64,000 bases of DNA. Origin: Gammaproteobacteria bacterium. GTDB taxonomy: Bacteria; Pseudomonadota; Gammaproteobacteria; Eutrophobiales; Eutrophobiaceae. Positions 27,493 through 36,249 of this stretch are shown in pieces. The stretch covers positions 1,987,620 through 2,051,619 of the forward strand of contig OZ244846.1 of the NCBI GenBank assembly GCA_965220815.1, read 5' to 3'. Position numbers and translations under genes: made by a program. The notes under the pieces were generated by a model. That model was not told where the DNA came from. It ran no database searches and was given only the letters and a program-made list of their open reading frames with translations. Position 1 is the stretch's first letter. Each line of letters begins with the position of its first letter.

Positions 27493-28865
27493 CAATCCAG
27501 CAGGGCCAGCATTTCGCTGACGTAAGTGAATTTCTCCCTGGGTTTGTCCACAGGTTCGCCGCGCGCGATCTCGGCGGCATCGATTATTTTCCAGTCTGCG
27601 AAACTGATATGGCGTATGTTGCGCCGGTCCAGGACCTCGTAACAGCCCTCGGCGCCGCGCTTGTTTTCCCCATTTTGCAGATTGTCCAGATTGTCCAGGT
27701 CTTCCAGCAACATCCGCACGGTTTCCACGCTGTCCGCCTTGTTGGTGCCGATGATGCCGGTGGGACCGCGCTTGATCCATCCGGCGGTATACAATCCCCG
27801 TTCAACCGTACCGTCCTTCATGACCCTGCCTTTATCATTGGAAAAGACCCCGCGGGCTTCATCAAACGGCACCCCGGGCATGGGTATGCCGTGGTAGCCG
27901 ATACTGCGAAAGACGATACCCGTGTCGAGAGTGAATGTTTCTCCGCTGCCCCTGGCCGATTGCCGGAACGATTCTCCCGACAGGGAGTTTTTTTCTATCA
28001 GCAGGCTTTCCACCCGGCCGTCGCCGAGTATTTCCCTGGGACTCTTCAGGAAGGTGAAAATACAGCGCCTGTCCCCCCCCGCCTCACGGTCGGCAAATCC
28101 GCAGAACAGGTCATAGATTTTTTTGTTGCCGGTATTTTCCAGTTCAGCTTCACTTTCCGGGTTCAACAACAGTTCGCCCGCATCGATGACCGGGTCGCAG
28201 TCGGCCAGCGCGCCGAATTCCTTCAATTCCTTGGAGGTGAACTTGGCCTGCGCCGGCCCGCGCCGGCCGATAACGTAGATGTTTTTGATTTTACTGGTCG
28301 CAAGTACATCCAGGGCATGTTCGGATATGTCGGTGTGTTTCAATTCATCAACAGTCTTGGCCAGTATCCGGCTCACGTCGGCAGCCACGTTGCCCTGGCC
28401 GATAATGACGGCGGTTTCATGGGACAGGTCGAATTGCCTGTCGCGATAATCGGGATGGCCGTTATACCAGCCGACAAATTCCGTTGCCGTGTAGCTGCCG
28501 GACAGGTCCTCACCAGGGATGCCCAGGCGGCGGTCGGTTTCGGCGCCGCAGGTGAGGATCACGGCATGATGGTTTGCCCGCAATTCGTCAATGCTGATGT
28601 CCCTGCCCGCAGCCACGTTGCCGATGTAATTGAACTGTTCCGCCTCGGCAAGCCTGGCATAGACCTTGATAGCCTGTTTCAGTTTTGGATGGTCGGGCGC
28701 AACGCCGCTTCTTACCAGGCCGTAAGGTACGGGCAGGCGCTCGAACATATTGACCCTGAATTCGATGCCCGCCTTGATGAGCGCGTCTACGGCGTAGAAG
28801 CCGCTGGGGCCGCTGCCTACGACGGCGACTGTCAGGGGATTATCCGGGGTTCCTAATCGACTCAT
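27492..28865 (-). CDS. fprA: NADPH:ferredoxin (adrenodoxin-type) oxidoreductase, FprA family
   Basis: VAVVGSGPSGFYA FAD site at the N-terminus. WIKRGPTGIIGTNKAD and overall colinearity with M. tuberculosis FprA, from memory. Its stop overlaps the fhcB start. Confidence 0.8.
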   Translation of the reverse strand: MSRLGTPDNPLTVAVVGSGPSGFYAVDALIKAGIEFRVNMFERLPVPYGLVRSGVAPDHPKLKQAIKVYARLAEAEQFNYIGNVAAGRDISIDELRANHHAVILTCGAETDRRLGIPGEDLSGSYTATEFVGWYNGHPDYRDRQFDLSHETAVIIGQGNVAADVSRILAKTVDELKHTDISEHALDVLATSKIKNIYVIGRRGPAQAKFTSKELKEFGALADCDPVIDAGELLLNPESEAELENTGNKKIYDLFCGFADREAGGDRRCIFTFLKSPREILGDGRVESLLIEKNSLSGESFRQSARGSGETFTLDTGIVFRSIGYHGIPMPGVPFDEARGVFSNDKGRVMKDGTVERGLYTAGWIKRGPTGIIGTNKADSVETVRMLLEDLDNLDNLQNGENKRGAEGCYEVLDRRNIRHISFADWKIIDAAEIARGEPVDKPREKFTYVSEMLALLD

Positions 28866-28998
28866 GATTCACACAGTTGGTAAAAGAAGAGAAACGTATC
28901 CCGAACACCCTACGCCGCGCGGTCAGGGTTCGTTCAGGGTTGAATGGGGGAACCCCGATCAAATCGAGGTTCCCCGGTTAAAAAATACAGGGTGCCGG

Positions 28999-29304
28999 CT
29001 AGAAACCCAGGGCCGCTTTCTTTTCGTCCGCGCCGGGCAACGGATCCATGGTATCGGTGATGACCGGCAGTTCCTTGGACCTCTCAGCGTTGATTTCTAT
29101 CCACTCATACTTGTCTTCGGGCAGGTCATCTTCCTCGTAGATGGCTTCAACAGGACATTCCGGCAGGCACGCACTGCAGTCGATGCAGACTTCCGGGTCG
29201 ATATACAGCATCTGATCGTCGTAGTGGAAGCATTCCACCGGGCACACTGCGACACAGTCGGTATAGCGGCAGTCTTTACAGTTGTCGGTTACGATTGTTG
29301 TCAT
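28999..29304 (-). CDS. fdxA: 7Fe ferredoxin ([3Fe-4S][4Fe-4S], FdxA type)
   Basis: CKDCRYTDCVAVCPVECF ... CIDCSACLPECP in the Azotobacter ferredoxin I pattern. Strong SD AGGAGAA. Confidence 0.85.
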   Translation of the reverse strand: MTTIVTDNCKDCRYTDCVAVCPVECFHYDDQMLYIDPEVCIDCSACLPECPVEAIYEEDDLPEDKYEWIEINAERSKELPVITDTMDPLPGADEKKAALGF

Positions 29305-29346
29305 GATGTTCTCCTGTATAAGCTCTTCTGCGGGATATTACCCCAT

Positions 29347-30156
29347 CTATCCTGCATATAATAATATTTCTCCCCGGTTCAACTCAACACTGTCCCCGCA
29401 ATAGCGTTTATACGAGCCCTGCAGGTATTCTTCAGCAATTGCGAATACCCGGGACAGGTGCAATAAATAAAGTGTCATGTAACCCGGCCGGTAGGTGCAG
29501 GAATAGCTGAACGTGGGCAGTAACGGAGCGTCTTTCATGCTGACGATGGATCCCCGCTTCATCCCTGCCCCGGTGCGGATGCCGAGTTCTCCCAGGACGA
29601 ATATGCTGCCGGACAACATGTTGACGCCGGTAAAGTCACCGCTGTTGCCGCCCACAGCGATCAGCCCGCCACGGATGGCGTTGCCGGTCTCGTTGCGCAC
29701 GTTGCCGTGAATGATGATTTCCCCTCCTGTCATGCCCACGGATGCTCCCCGATAGGCGCTGCCGACAAGGTGGCCTGCATTACCGTGAATTTCGATTTTC
29801 CCCCCCGACATCTCCGGTCCGACCCAGTCGGTGGCATTGCCGTTGACTCGGATTTCCCCTCCGCTCATGCCGGCGCCCAGGTGTTCGCCCACGTCGCCTT
29901 CAACCCGGATTGTTCCCCGGGACATGCCGGCGCCGATGAATTTCACCCGCCCCAGGTCATCACCCTGCAGGTCGATGACCCCGTCATAGCAGCCCGTAAC
30001 GCTGAAGAAGTCCCCGATGGATCGGGACTCGCTGCCGTGCATGACCGTCAGTCTTTCCACGTCAGCCGCGCCCTGGCCGGTGAGCCGGTCAGGCGTGACG
30101 TTATCGGCCTCCATGGGCACGTCCGGCGCGGCAATCTGTCTCAGTAATAAAGGCAT
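29347..30156 (-). CDS. fwdC: formylmethanofuran dehydrogenase subunit C, set 2
   Basis: 269 aa with the same GxxGxxG beta-helix repeats as fhcC. Confidence 0.8.
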   Translation of the reverse strand: MPLLLRQIAAPDVPMEADNVTPDRLTGQGAADVERLTVMHGSESRSIGDFFSVTGCYDGVIDLQGDDLGRVKFIGAGMSRGTIRVEGDVGEHLGAGMSGGEIRVNGNATDWVGPEMSGGKIEIHGNAGHLVGSAYRGASVGMTGGEIIIHGNVRNETGNAIRGGLIAVGGNSGDFTGVNMLSGSIFVLGELGIRTGAGMKRGSIVSMKDAPLLPTFSYSCTYRPGYMTLYLLHLSRVFAIAEEYLQGSYKRYCGDSVELNRGEILLYAG

Positions 30157-30168
30157 ATCATTGTGCTG

Positions 30169-31056
30169 TCAACCGAGGTTGAGATCGTGCAGGTTGATTT
30201 TGTACTGTCCGAGGTTCCCCCCGTAATTACCCGCGGAGACCTGCCTGATCCCGGGTTTTGCGGCGGCCTGTATGCCCGCGGCCATGGCCTGCCTGACCGC
30301 GTCCTCAGTAAGGCCGTCGATCACTATTTCCAGCACGCAGTTGACATCCGCCGGCAGGCTGCTTTCGGTGACCGACTTCAACGTTGGACAATAGGCGTCG
30401 TTGGTGGATGCGGGCAGGGCCTTGTAACGTGAGCCCACCTTGCTGCCGCTGCGCACGACGCCGTTGGGGAACGGCAGGATAATATCCCTGATGGTTCCCA
30501 TGGCCCGGGTTGCGGCGCCTGCCGCGGCCAGGGTTTTCTTCTCGTTGGTGCCCAGTATGATGATATTGCCGCCTCCCACTGCTTCCCGTACGGAAAACGA
30601 TTCTTCCACGGTAAATTCACCGTCCATGACCGGGATGCGCCAGAAGCGGCGCTCCGCCAGTTTCTTGCTGCCCTGGAAACCGTCGCCGAAATAGCGCAGT
30701 TGTGAACCTACCTGTACTGTCTCCTCACCATCCAGGCCGTTGAAACAGGCCGTTGTCGGGCAAGTCATGACGCATTGGCCGATGCGTTCCAGCAGGCGCT
30801 TTCCCACCGATGCCTTGTCCATGGCGAACAGCAGGATGCTGGCGCCCGGACGGCGATCCGGCGTCTCGTCCGGAGACAGGAATCTCTCGATGCCGGCCTC
30901 GCACTTGCAGCCGATAACCGATGTGGCAAAGCCCGTCATCGATTGCGCCGCTGCCTGGCTCCATTGCCTGGTTGCCGCGGTGACGATTACCCGCGCGCCC
31001 CACATGCCGAATGCTTCGGCAAAGGTATCGACGATCTCCGTGGACTTTATCTTCAT
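30169..31056 (-). CDS. ftr: formylmethanofuran:tetrahydromethanopterin N-formyltransferase, set 2
   Basis: 295 aa Ftr-family paralog of 23444..24340. Confidence 0.85.
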   Translation of the reverse strand: MKIKSTEIVDTFAEAFGMWGARVIVTAATRQWSQAAAQSMTGFATSVIGCKCEAGIERFLSPDETPDRRPGASILLFAMDKASVGKRLLERIGQCVMTCPTTACFNGLDGEETVQVGSQLRYFGDGFQGSKKLAERRFWRIPVMDGEFTVEESFSVREAVGGGNIIILGTNEKKTLAAAGAATRAMGTIRDIILPFPNGVVRSGSKVGSRYKALPASTNDAYCPTLKSVTESSLPADVNCVLEIVIDGLTEDAVRQAMAAGIQAAAKPGIRQVSAGNYGGNLGQYKINLHDLNLG

Positions 31057-32690
31057 ACCGTGTCGATCACTTCGTGGTCGTGCAGGTAGCTGTCATCGAC
31101 TGCATAATTGGGGAACTCGATGGAATAGTAGTTCTCGAAAAACGGTCTTATCTCGGTGACGATGGTCTCGTCATAACCGGGTTCCGTATGCAGGAGTTTC
31201 CCGTAGTAATCCCGGCGGAACTCGTGGTTCTCGATGATGAGGGCGCCGGACTTGATCACGTAGCGCGGTGCGTTGAACATGGCCTCCTTGTCGGCCATGT
31301 CATCGTAGATGGTGATGTCGGCATCGGCGCCCGGACCAAGGTGGCCCTTGTTGCTGAGGTTCAGGGCGCGGGCCGGACCGGCGCGGGTAATAATGGCTAT
31401 CTCATTGAGCGTATATTCACGCTTCAATTCATTCAGTATGGTGTTGTTGATGGCCTTCTGGTTGACGCGTTTGATCTCCTCCCTGCGAAATTCCCGGTCC
31501 ATCAGCAGTCGGATCAGCTTCGGGTAGCTCATAAAGGAACCGCCATTGGGGTGATCGGTGGACAGCACGATGCGCCAGGGATCTTTTGACAGCAGGAACA
31601 GTTCCAGGCCGATGGCCCACTGCAGGGCGTGGACATAGACGTGTTCCTGGTAATTGAACGGCACGATACCGCAACCGCTTTCACACTCCGTATCGGCGTT
31701 TACCCACTTCCCTTTCTTGAATCCCCTGAGCATGTAGGCCAGCGGCGCGTCCGCGGTCATGATCGTCGATTTGCCGAACATGACCTGGCCTACGTCACAG
31801 GTGATGTTGGGATGGTCATTGACGTACTCGGCAATTTCCCGGGATGCCGATTTGGGATTCTTGCCGAGTTCCCCCGCGTAGCTGTGAAACTGAATATGGG
31901 CCAGGTGCGCGCGCCGGTCACCGGCGGTTTTCATGGTCTCCAGGGTGGTCTGGAAGTTGCCGCTATGGCCCAGGTTGTTGCAATGGATATGGGGCGGGTG
32001 TGGCAGGCCCAGTTCATTGACCGTTTCCACAAAGGCATCGATCACCTGCCGCGGCGACACCTCGATGAAGTCGCTTTTCTCATCGATGTCCTTGACGTTG
32101 GAATTCTTCTTGCCCTTCCAGGGTTCATCTCCGCCCGGGTTGACCAGCTTGGTCGTATAAGCCTTGGTTGCGTTGATCCACCAGGCGACGGCCTGGCGGA
32201 ATTCCTCCTTGCGCCCGTCCTTGATCAACTGCTGCAGGAAGATATTATTGCCCAGCAGCACGTAAAACCCCTTGTCGATGACCGGCGTATCATGAAGTTC
32301 TTCAATGGTATGCCGGGCGCCGATTGGGGTGACGGCCGCCTCCATGGCGGTGGTGTAGCCCAGGGTGGCATAACGGTACCCCGTGGCAAAGGTGGAAGGA
32401 ACGGTGCCGCCCGCGCCTGAGCGGGTGTGTTCCGTGCCCGGATGCGGGTCGCGGCGATGGTCTTCAGGTTGCAGTTTCCTGGCCAGGTTTACCTTGGGGC
32501 CGGCAATGTGGCAGTGGATATCCACGCCGCCGGGCATGACCACCATACCGCTAACGTCAATTTTTCGGGGATTGGGGGAGGGTGTTTCCACCATGCGTCC
32601 CTGCTCCACGTAGAGGTCTCTTACTTCCCCGTCGATACCATTGGCCGGGTCATAAACCTTGCCCCCTGCAAGTTGAATGCACTCCGTCAT
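31053..32690 (-). CDS. fwdA: formylmethanofuran dehydrogenase subunit A, set 2
   Basis: 545 aa amidohydrolase paralog (PGGVDIHCHIAGPK). Confidence 0.85.
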   Translation of the reverse strand: MTECIQLAGGKVYDPANGIDGEVRDLYVEQGRMVETPSPNPRKIDVSGMVVMPGGVDIHCHIAGPKVNLARKLQPEDHRRDPHPGTEHTRSGAGGTVPSTFATGYRYATLGYTTAMEAAVTPIGARHTIEELHDTPVIDKGFYVLLGNNIFLQQLIKDGRKEEFRQAVAWWINATKAYTTKLVNPGGDEPWKGKKNSNVKDIDEKSDFIEVSPRQVIDAFVETVNELGLPHPPHIHCNNLGHSGNFQTTLETMKTAGDRRAHLAHIQFHSYAGELGKNPKSASREIAEYVNDHPNITCDVGQVMFGKSTIMTADAPLAYMLRGFKKGKWVNADTECESGCGIVPFNYQEHVYVHALQWAIGLELFLLSKDPWRIVLSTDHPNGGSFMSYPKLIRLLMDREFRREEIKRVNQKAINNTILNELKREYTLNEIAIITRAGPARALNLSNKGHLGPGADADITIYDDMADKEAMFNAPRYVIKSGALIIENHEFRRDYYGKLLHTEPGYDETIVTEIRPFFENYYSIEFPNYAVDDSYLHDHEVIDTV

Positions 32691-32725
32691 ATTATTATCT
32701 GAATTCCGTAATCAGCCCGCGTATC

Positions 32726-34090
32726 TTACTGCAGGGGCGCGGCTGCTCGGCTTACGCCGGTCGCTCCTCGGGCCTGGCCTCTGGCCAGGACCAGTTCGCG
32801 CACGCGTTTTCTGATCGCAGTCAGTATTTCCTCGTCGTTGGGGAAGGGTGAATCGAAGGCCTTGCGCAAGGTGATCGGCACGTCGTCCATCCGGTATACG
32901 GTGCCTGCGGTGTTGATGCCGTAGGTGGAAGTCCGGAATGCCACGTGCGCCAGCTTGCTGGTGAGGGTTGCCTTGGTGTCCAGGCAGACGACCGGGATGT
33001 TTGCCAGGTGGTCGATAGCCGCCTGGGGGAAATTGGATGCGGGGTCGGTGGCGACGATCAGGGCGGCATCGACGTCCCGCTTCGCCAGCAGGTCCACGGT
33101 TGTGAACTCGCCCGGGTTGAAACGGGGGAAGCCGCGGCTGAAATTGACGCCGAAAGGATAGCCGGTCTGCCAGGACATGACATTGTCGGCGCCCGTGACG
33201 TTACCGTGGCCCCGTACCGGTTTGGCGACGAAATGGGTGTATTCATTCAGGTCCGTGGCCAGGGCGAGCAGGGCGCCCGAATTGAAATGCCGGCCGCGGG
33301 TCATGGTCAGGCCCATGCCGAAAAACAACACGCCGTAGCGGCAGTTTTTCATCCGCTCCACCAGTTCCTCCATGGTTTCCAGGCTGACCCCGGTCTCTTC
33401 TTCGATATCCGGGTCAATCCTGCGGTTTTTGACCAGCGCCCGCAGGGCCCATAACACTTCAAAGTCCTTGCCCGGTTTTACCTGGATAAACTGGCTGGCT
33501 GCCGGCGCGCTGGGGGTTCTGCGCACGTCCACCAGGACCACGTGCCGATCTTTTTTGCCCCTGGGGGTAAACATCCCCTTGGCGGTGACCGCATAGCGGC
33601 CGAAGTGGCGCGGGTGGGACTCGGCAGGATTACCGCCCCAGTAGATGACCAGGTCGGCGCGGTTTTTGACTTCACCCAGGGTCATGGTGCTTTCCCCGAC
33701 TCCCTGGAGAGCTATGCCGGACGGGCCGTGACAGACCGACGTGGTGGTGTCGATATTGCCCCTGATGGTGTCGGTAATGGCGACGGCCTGGCGCTGCGCC
33801 TCACAGGTCGTGTCGCTGAGGCCGTAAGTTATCGGGAACCTGGCATTTACCAGTGTTCTCGCGGCTTCCTCCACCGCTTCCTCCATGGAGACAGGCCGGT
33901 TATCTATCATGGCCACCGGCGCGTCCTCTTCGATATAGTGTTCCGCAAACCAGGCTTTGCCGAGTATACAGGCATTCTTCGATTTGGTGATCCGCTTTTC
34001 ATCCATGTCCACGGTCAGGATCATGTCGTCACAGACACAGCCGCAGAATGTGCAGGTGGCATTCTCTACAACTTTTACGTTTTCACTCAT
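32726..34090 (-). CDS. fwdB: formylmethanofuran dehydrogenase subunit B with the metal-ligand Cys retained (molybdo/tungstopterin type), set 2
   Basis: N-terminal CTFCGCVCDD Fe-S motif. Cys120 sits in SVCHGPSG, the Cys/Sec-His position of the formate-dehydrogenase superfamily active site. 454 aa. Confidence 0.8.
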   Translation of the reverse strand: MSENVKVVENATCTFCGCVCDDMILTVDMDEKRITKSKNACILGKAWFAEHYIEEDAPVAMIDNRPVSMEEAVEEAARTLVNARFPITYGLSDTTCEAQRQAVAITDTIRGNIDTTTSVCHGPSGIALQGVGESTMTLGEVKNRADLVIYWGGNPAESHPRHFGRYAVTAKGMFTPRGKKDRHVVLVDVRRTPSAPAASQFIQVKPGKDFEVLWALRALVKNRRIDPDIEEETGVSLETMEELVERMKNCRYGVLFFGMGLTMTRGRHFNSGALLALATDLNEYTHFVAKPVRGHGNVTGADNVMSWQTGYPFGVNFSRGFPRFNPGEFTTVDLLAKRDVDAALIVATDPASNFPQAAIDHLANIPVVCLDTKATLTSKLAHVAFRTSTYGINTAGTVYRMDDVPITLRKAFDSPFPNDEEILTAIRKRVRELVLARGQARGATGVSRAAAPLQ

Positions 34091-34157
34091 GATTAATCCC
34101 CATGGGGTCAGGCCGGCCTTGATATTGCATCCGCTTATGAAATATCAAACAACCATT

Positions 34158-34502
34158 TTAACCAATTTTTTCCACCTCAACAGAAATATGTTTGGACAGG
34201 GGCATGCCGCTGCCGGCAGTATCACTTTCCATCAGCCGGCTGGAGGTGGGCCCATAGGCAATGAAGATCATCCCCTCAGGCAGGTCGGTGGCTTTTTTTG
34301 AGACGCAGGTTACAACGGCTTCCCCGATATGATTTTTCAGGCGCAGCCGGTCGCCGCTGTTGAAACCGAGGCGAACCATCTCGTCCGCATTGATTTCAAC
34401 GGTAGAAGTAACGTCCCGGTACTCGTCACCGAGTTTTCCCTTGTTGAGGGAGGTCCCCTGTTTACTGGACCGCCCAGGTATCAATAACATGGTTTCCGGC
34501 AT
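34158..34502 (-). CDS. fwdD: formylmethanofuran dehydrogenase subunit D (molybdopterin-dinucleotide-binding barrel domain)
   Basis: 114 aa. LGFNSGDRLRLKNHIGEAVVTCVSKKATDLPEGMIFIAYG matches the C-terminal beta-barrel domain of Mo-bisPGD enzymes. It sits directly upstream of fwdB. Confidence 0.7.
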   Translation of the reverse strand: MPETMLLIPGRSSKQGTSLNKGKLGDEYRDVTSTVEINADEMVRLGFNSGDRLRLKNHIGEAVVTCVSKKATDLPEGMIFIAYGPTSSRLMESDTAGSGMPLSKHISVEVEKIG

Positions 34503-34679
34503 ATTTCAGTTCCGCAAATGCGCTGTAAGAATCAGTGAAGAATCCTCCGGCCAGGCCAGAGGAAGTAGGAACAGACAGGGATATATGCCGGCGCCATAAT
34601 CCACATCGGTTCCTGTTTATATCATTTTCCCGCGAAATCGTCAAATCCGCCTCTCCGGCCAAAATAAGCTCAGGAGTTT

Positions 34680-34779
34680 TTACAGGACACCCACGTAAAT
34701 TACAGGACACCCATGTAAATTACAGGACACCCATGCAAATTTTATGGGTGTCCTGTAATTTACATGGGTGTCCTGTAAT
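34680..34779. promoter_or_regulatory. array of five 20-bp repeats (3 direct plus 2 inverted) in the divergent fwdD/mptG promoter region
   Basis: TTACAGGACACCCA[C/T]G[T/C]AAA three times (34680-34739), then TTTTATGGGTGTCCTGTAA and TTTACATGGGTGTCCTGTAA, giving a palindromic overall arrangement. Confidence 0.7.
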
Positions 34780-34790
34780 TTCTCCCTCCC

Positions 34791-34875
34791 CGCAGATAAC
34801 ATCCGCAGATGACGCAGGTTAACGCAGATGTTTTCGGGTAAAATAATCTGCGTTAACCTGCGTCATCTGCGGATA
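34791..34875. mobile_element. minimal MITE-like element C (two terminal repeats with a 14-bp spacer)
   Basis: CGCAGATAACATCCGCAGATGACGCAGGTTAACGCAGATG ttttcgggtaaaat AATCTGCGTTAACCTGCGTCATCTGCGGA|TA. It ends 11 nt before the mptG start. Confidence 0.6.
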
Positions 34876-34885
34876 AAAAATATCT

Positions 34886-35878
34886 GTGCCTTTGAAGACA
34901 CGACAAGACAATACCGCCACTACTGAATCGGTAAGGGTAACCGCCCCGGCGCGCTTGCACCTGGGTTTCCTGGGGCTGGATGGAGCTGACCGGGGGCGGT
35001 TTGGTAGTATTGGTGTGGGTATTACCGGTTTTTCCACGGTGGTATGCGCAGAGCGCAGTGAGCGGGTGGAGATCGATGGGGAGGACGACGGTCATATTGC
35101 CGGCATCACGCGAAACGTACTGGAGCGGTTCCGTATTGATGCCGGGGTCAGGGTGAAGGTTGAGCAGCGTATTCCCCGGCACCAGGGTCTCGGTTCCGGC
35201 ACGCAGATGGCCCTGGCCCTGGGCACTGCCATCACTACCTTGCACGGCGTCCATGCCAGCGTTGAAGACATTGCCCTGGCAACCGGCAGGGGCATGCGTT
35301 CCGGGGTGGGACTGGGCGTGTTCACGCAAGGTGGTTTCATCCTTGACAGCGGCCGGTCGGAAGGACGCAGGTTGCCGACTACAATTTTCCGTCATGACTT
35401 CCCGGAAGAATGGCGGTTTGTGCTGGTCATGGATACGCGGGATGAAGGGATCAGTGGAACGGATGAGGTGGAAGCGTTCAAATCCCTGCCGGACATGTCC
35501 CCGGGAGCTTGTGCGGAAATCTGCCGGCAGGTATTGATGCAGATGTTGCCGGGCATCATGGAAAAGGATTGCGACCGGTTCGGCGCGTCCGTCAGCAGTA
35601 TCCAGTCCAGCATCGGTGAGTATTTCAGCGCTGCCCAGGGGGGCGCCTACGCAAGTGAAAACGTCAGGCAGACACTGGATTTTCTGCTGGAACACAATGC
35701 AACGGGCACAGGCCAGACATCCTGGGGGCCCACCGGTTTTGCCGTTTTTCCGGATGAAAAATCGGCGCGACGGGCCATTGACGCTTTTGCGGGGCGCGAT
35801 GACATGGTAAGTCTCCTGCTTGCCGGGGCGGAAAACAACCGGGCGCGGATCAGCCGGTCGGCAACAGGGGCCGGCTGA
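34886..35878 (+). CDS. mptG: beta-ribofuranosylaminobenzene 5'-phosphate synthase (GHMP-kinase-like, H4MPT biosynthesis)
   Basis: 330 aa. ARLHLGFLGLDGADRGRFGSIGVG N-terminus and a GHMP-like Gly-rich loop (PRHQGLGSGTQ). Context with mch and fae. Confidence 0.6.
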   Translation: MPLKTRQDNTATTESVRVTAPARLHLGFLGLDGADRGRFGSIGVGITGFSTVVCAERSERVEIDGEDDGHIAGITRNVLERFRIDAGVRVKVEQRIPRHQGLGSGTQMALALGTAITTLHGVHASVEDIALATGRGMRSGVGLGVFTQGGFILDSGRSEGRRLPTTIFRHDFPEEWRFVLVMDTRDEGISGTDEVEAFKSLPDMSPGACAEICRQVLMQMLPGIMEKDCDRFGASVSSIQSSIGEYFSAAQGGAYASENVRQTLDFLLEHNATGTGQTSWGPTGFAVFPDEKSARRAIDAFAGRDDMVSLLLAGAENNRARISRSATGAG

Positions 35879-35959
35879 CCTCGTTGACAGGCCAGGGGAC
35901 CTCTGCCTGGGGGCACAATTTCGGGTTTGCAGAGCGCGCGGGTGTGCTATACTGCCTGC

Positions 35960-36199
35960 ATGAAACTCACACAGGAAACCTTTGCCATCCTCGGCGTCGG
36001 AGCTGGTCTGCTGGTCGGGCTGGGTGGCCTGCAAATCAGCTTGCACGGTGATTTGTCCCGGCGCATCGATACCCTGGCTGCCGGGCAGGCGGAGGTGCGT
36101 GAACGACTGGCCCGCGTCGAGACCCACCTTGCGATACCGGCTGCCACCGACGCCGCGCTGGCCGTCACCGTCAAGTCAGGTAGCGCCCCGGATGAGTAG
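35960..36199 (+). CDS. small hypothetical membrane protein
   Basis: MKLTQETFAILGVGAGLLVGLGGL hydrophobic helix. Coding status uncertain. Confidence 0.25.
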   Translation: MKLTQETFAILGVGAGLLVGLGGLQISLHGDLSRRIDTLAAGQAEVRERLARVETHLAIPAATDAALAVTVKSGSAPDE

Positions 36200-36249
36200 C
36201 CGCCCCGACCAGAATAATCACTCTATGTTCGAGCCCGGGATGTAACGAC

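Noticed and set aside
27493-27780. 96-codon N-terminal extension of track ORF 26257..27780 (RHHRHQQGGQRGNR...)
   Set aside because: Low-complexity, overlaps the 3' end of fprA in another frame. FhcB homology and the Cys-rich Fe-S motif start at MASIDN (27492).
27609-28856. 415-aa plus ORF opposite fprA. Similar long antisense ORFs lie opposite xoxF (18499..20028), hldE/hldD (10526..11530, 11497..12765), the TonB receptor (15009..15773) and fwdA (31629..32420)
   Set aside because: High-GC antisense artefacts. In every case the opposite strand carries a gene with clear family signatures.
34680-34875. Considered a CRISPR array (20-bp repeats, CAGAT repeats)
   Set aside because: Repeat units are contiguous with no unique spacers of uniform length, and include inverted copies. 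No cas genes in the window.
34853-36127. 424-aa minus ORF opposite mptG
   Set aside because: It is P/R/G/S-rich with no domains, and antisense to a well-formed GHMP-like + strand gene.
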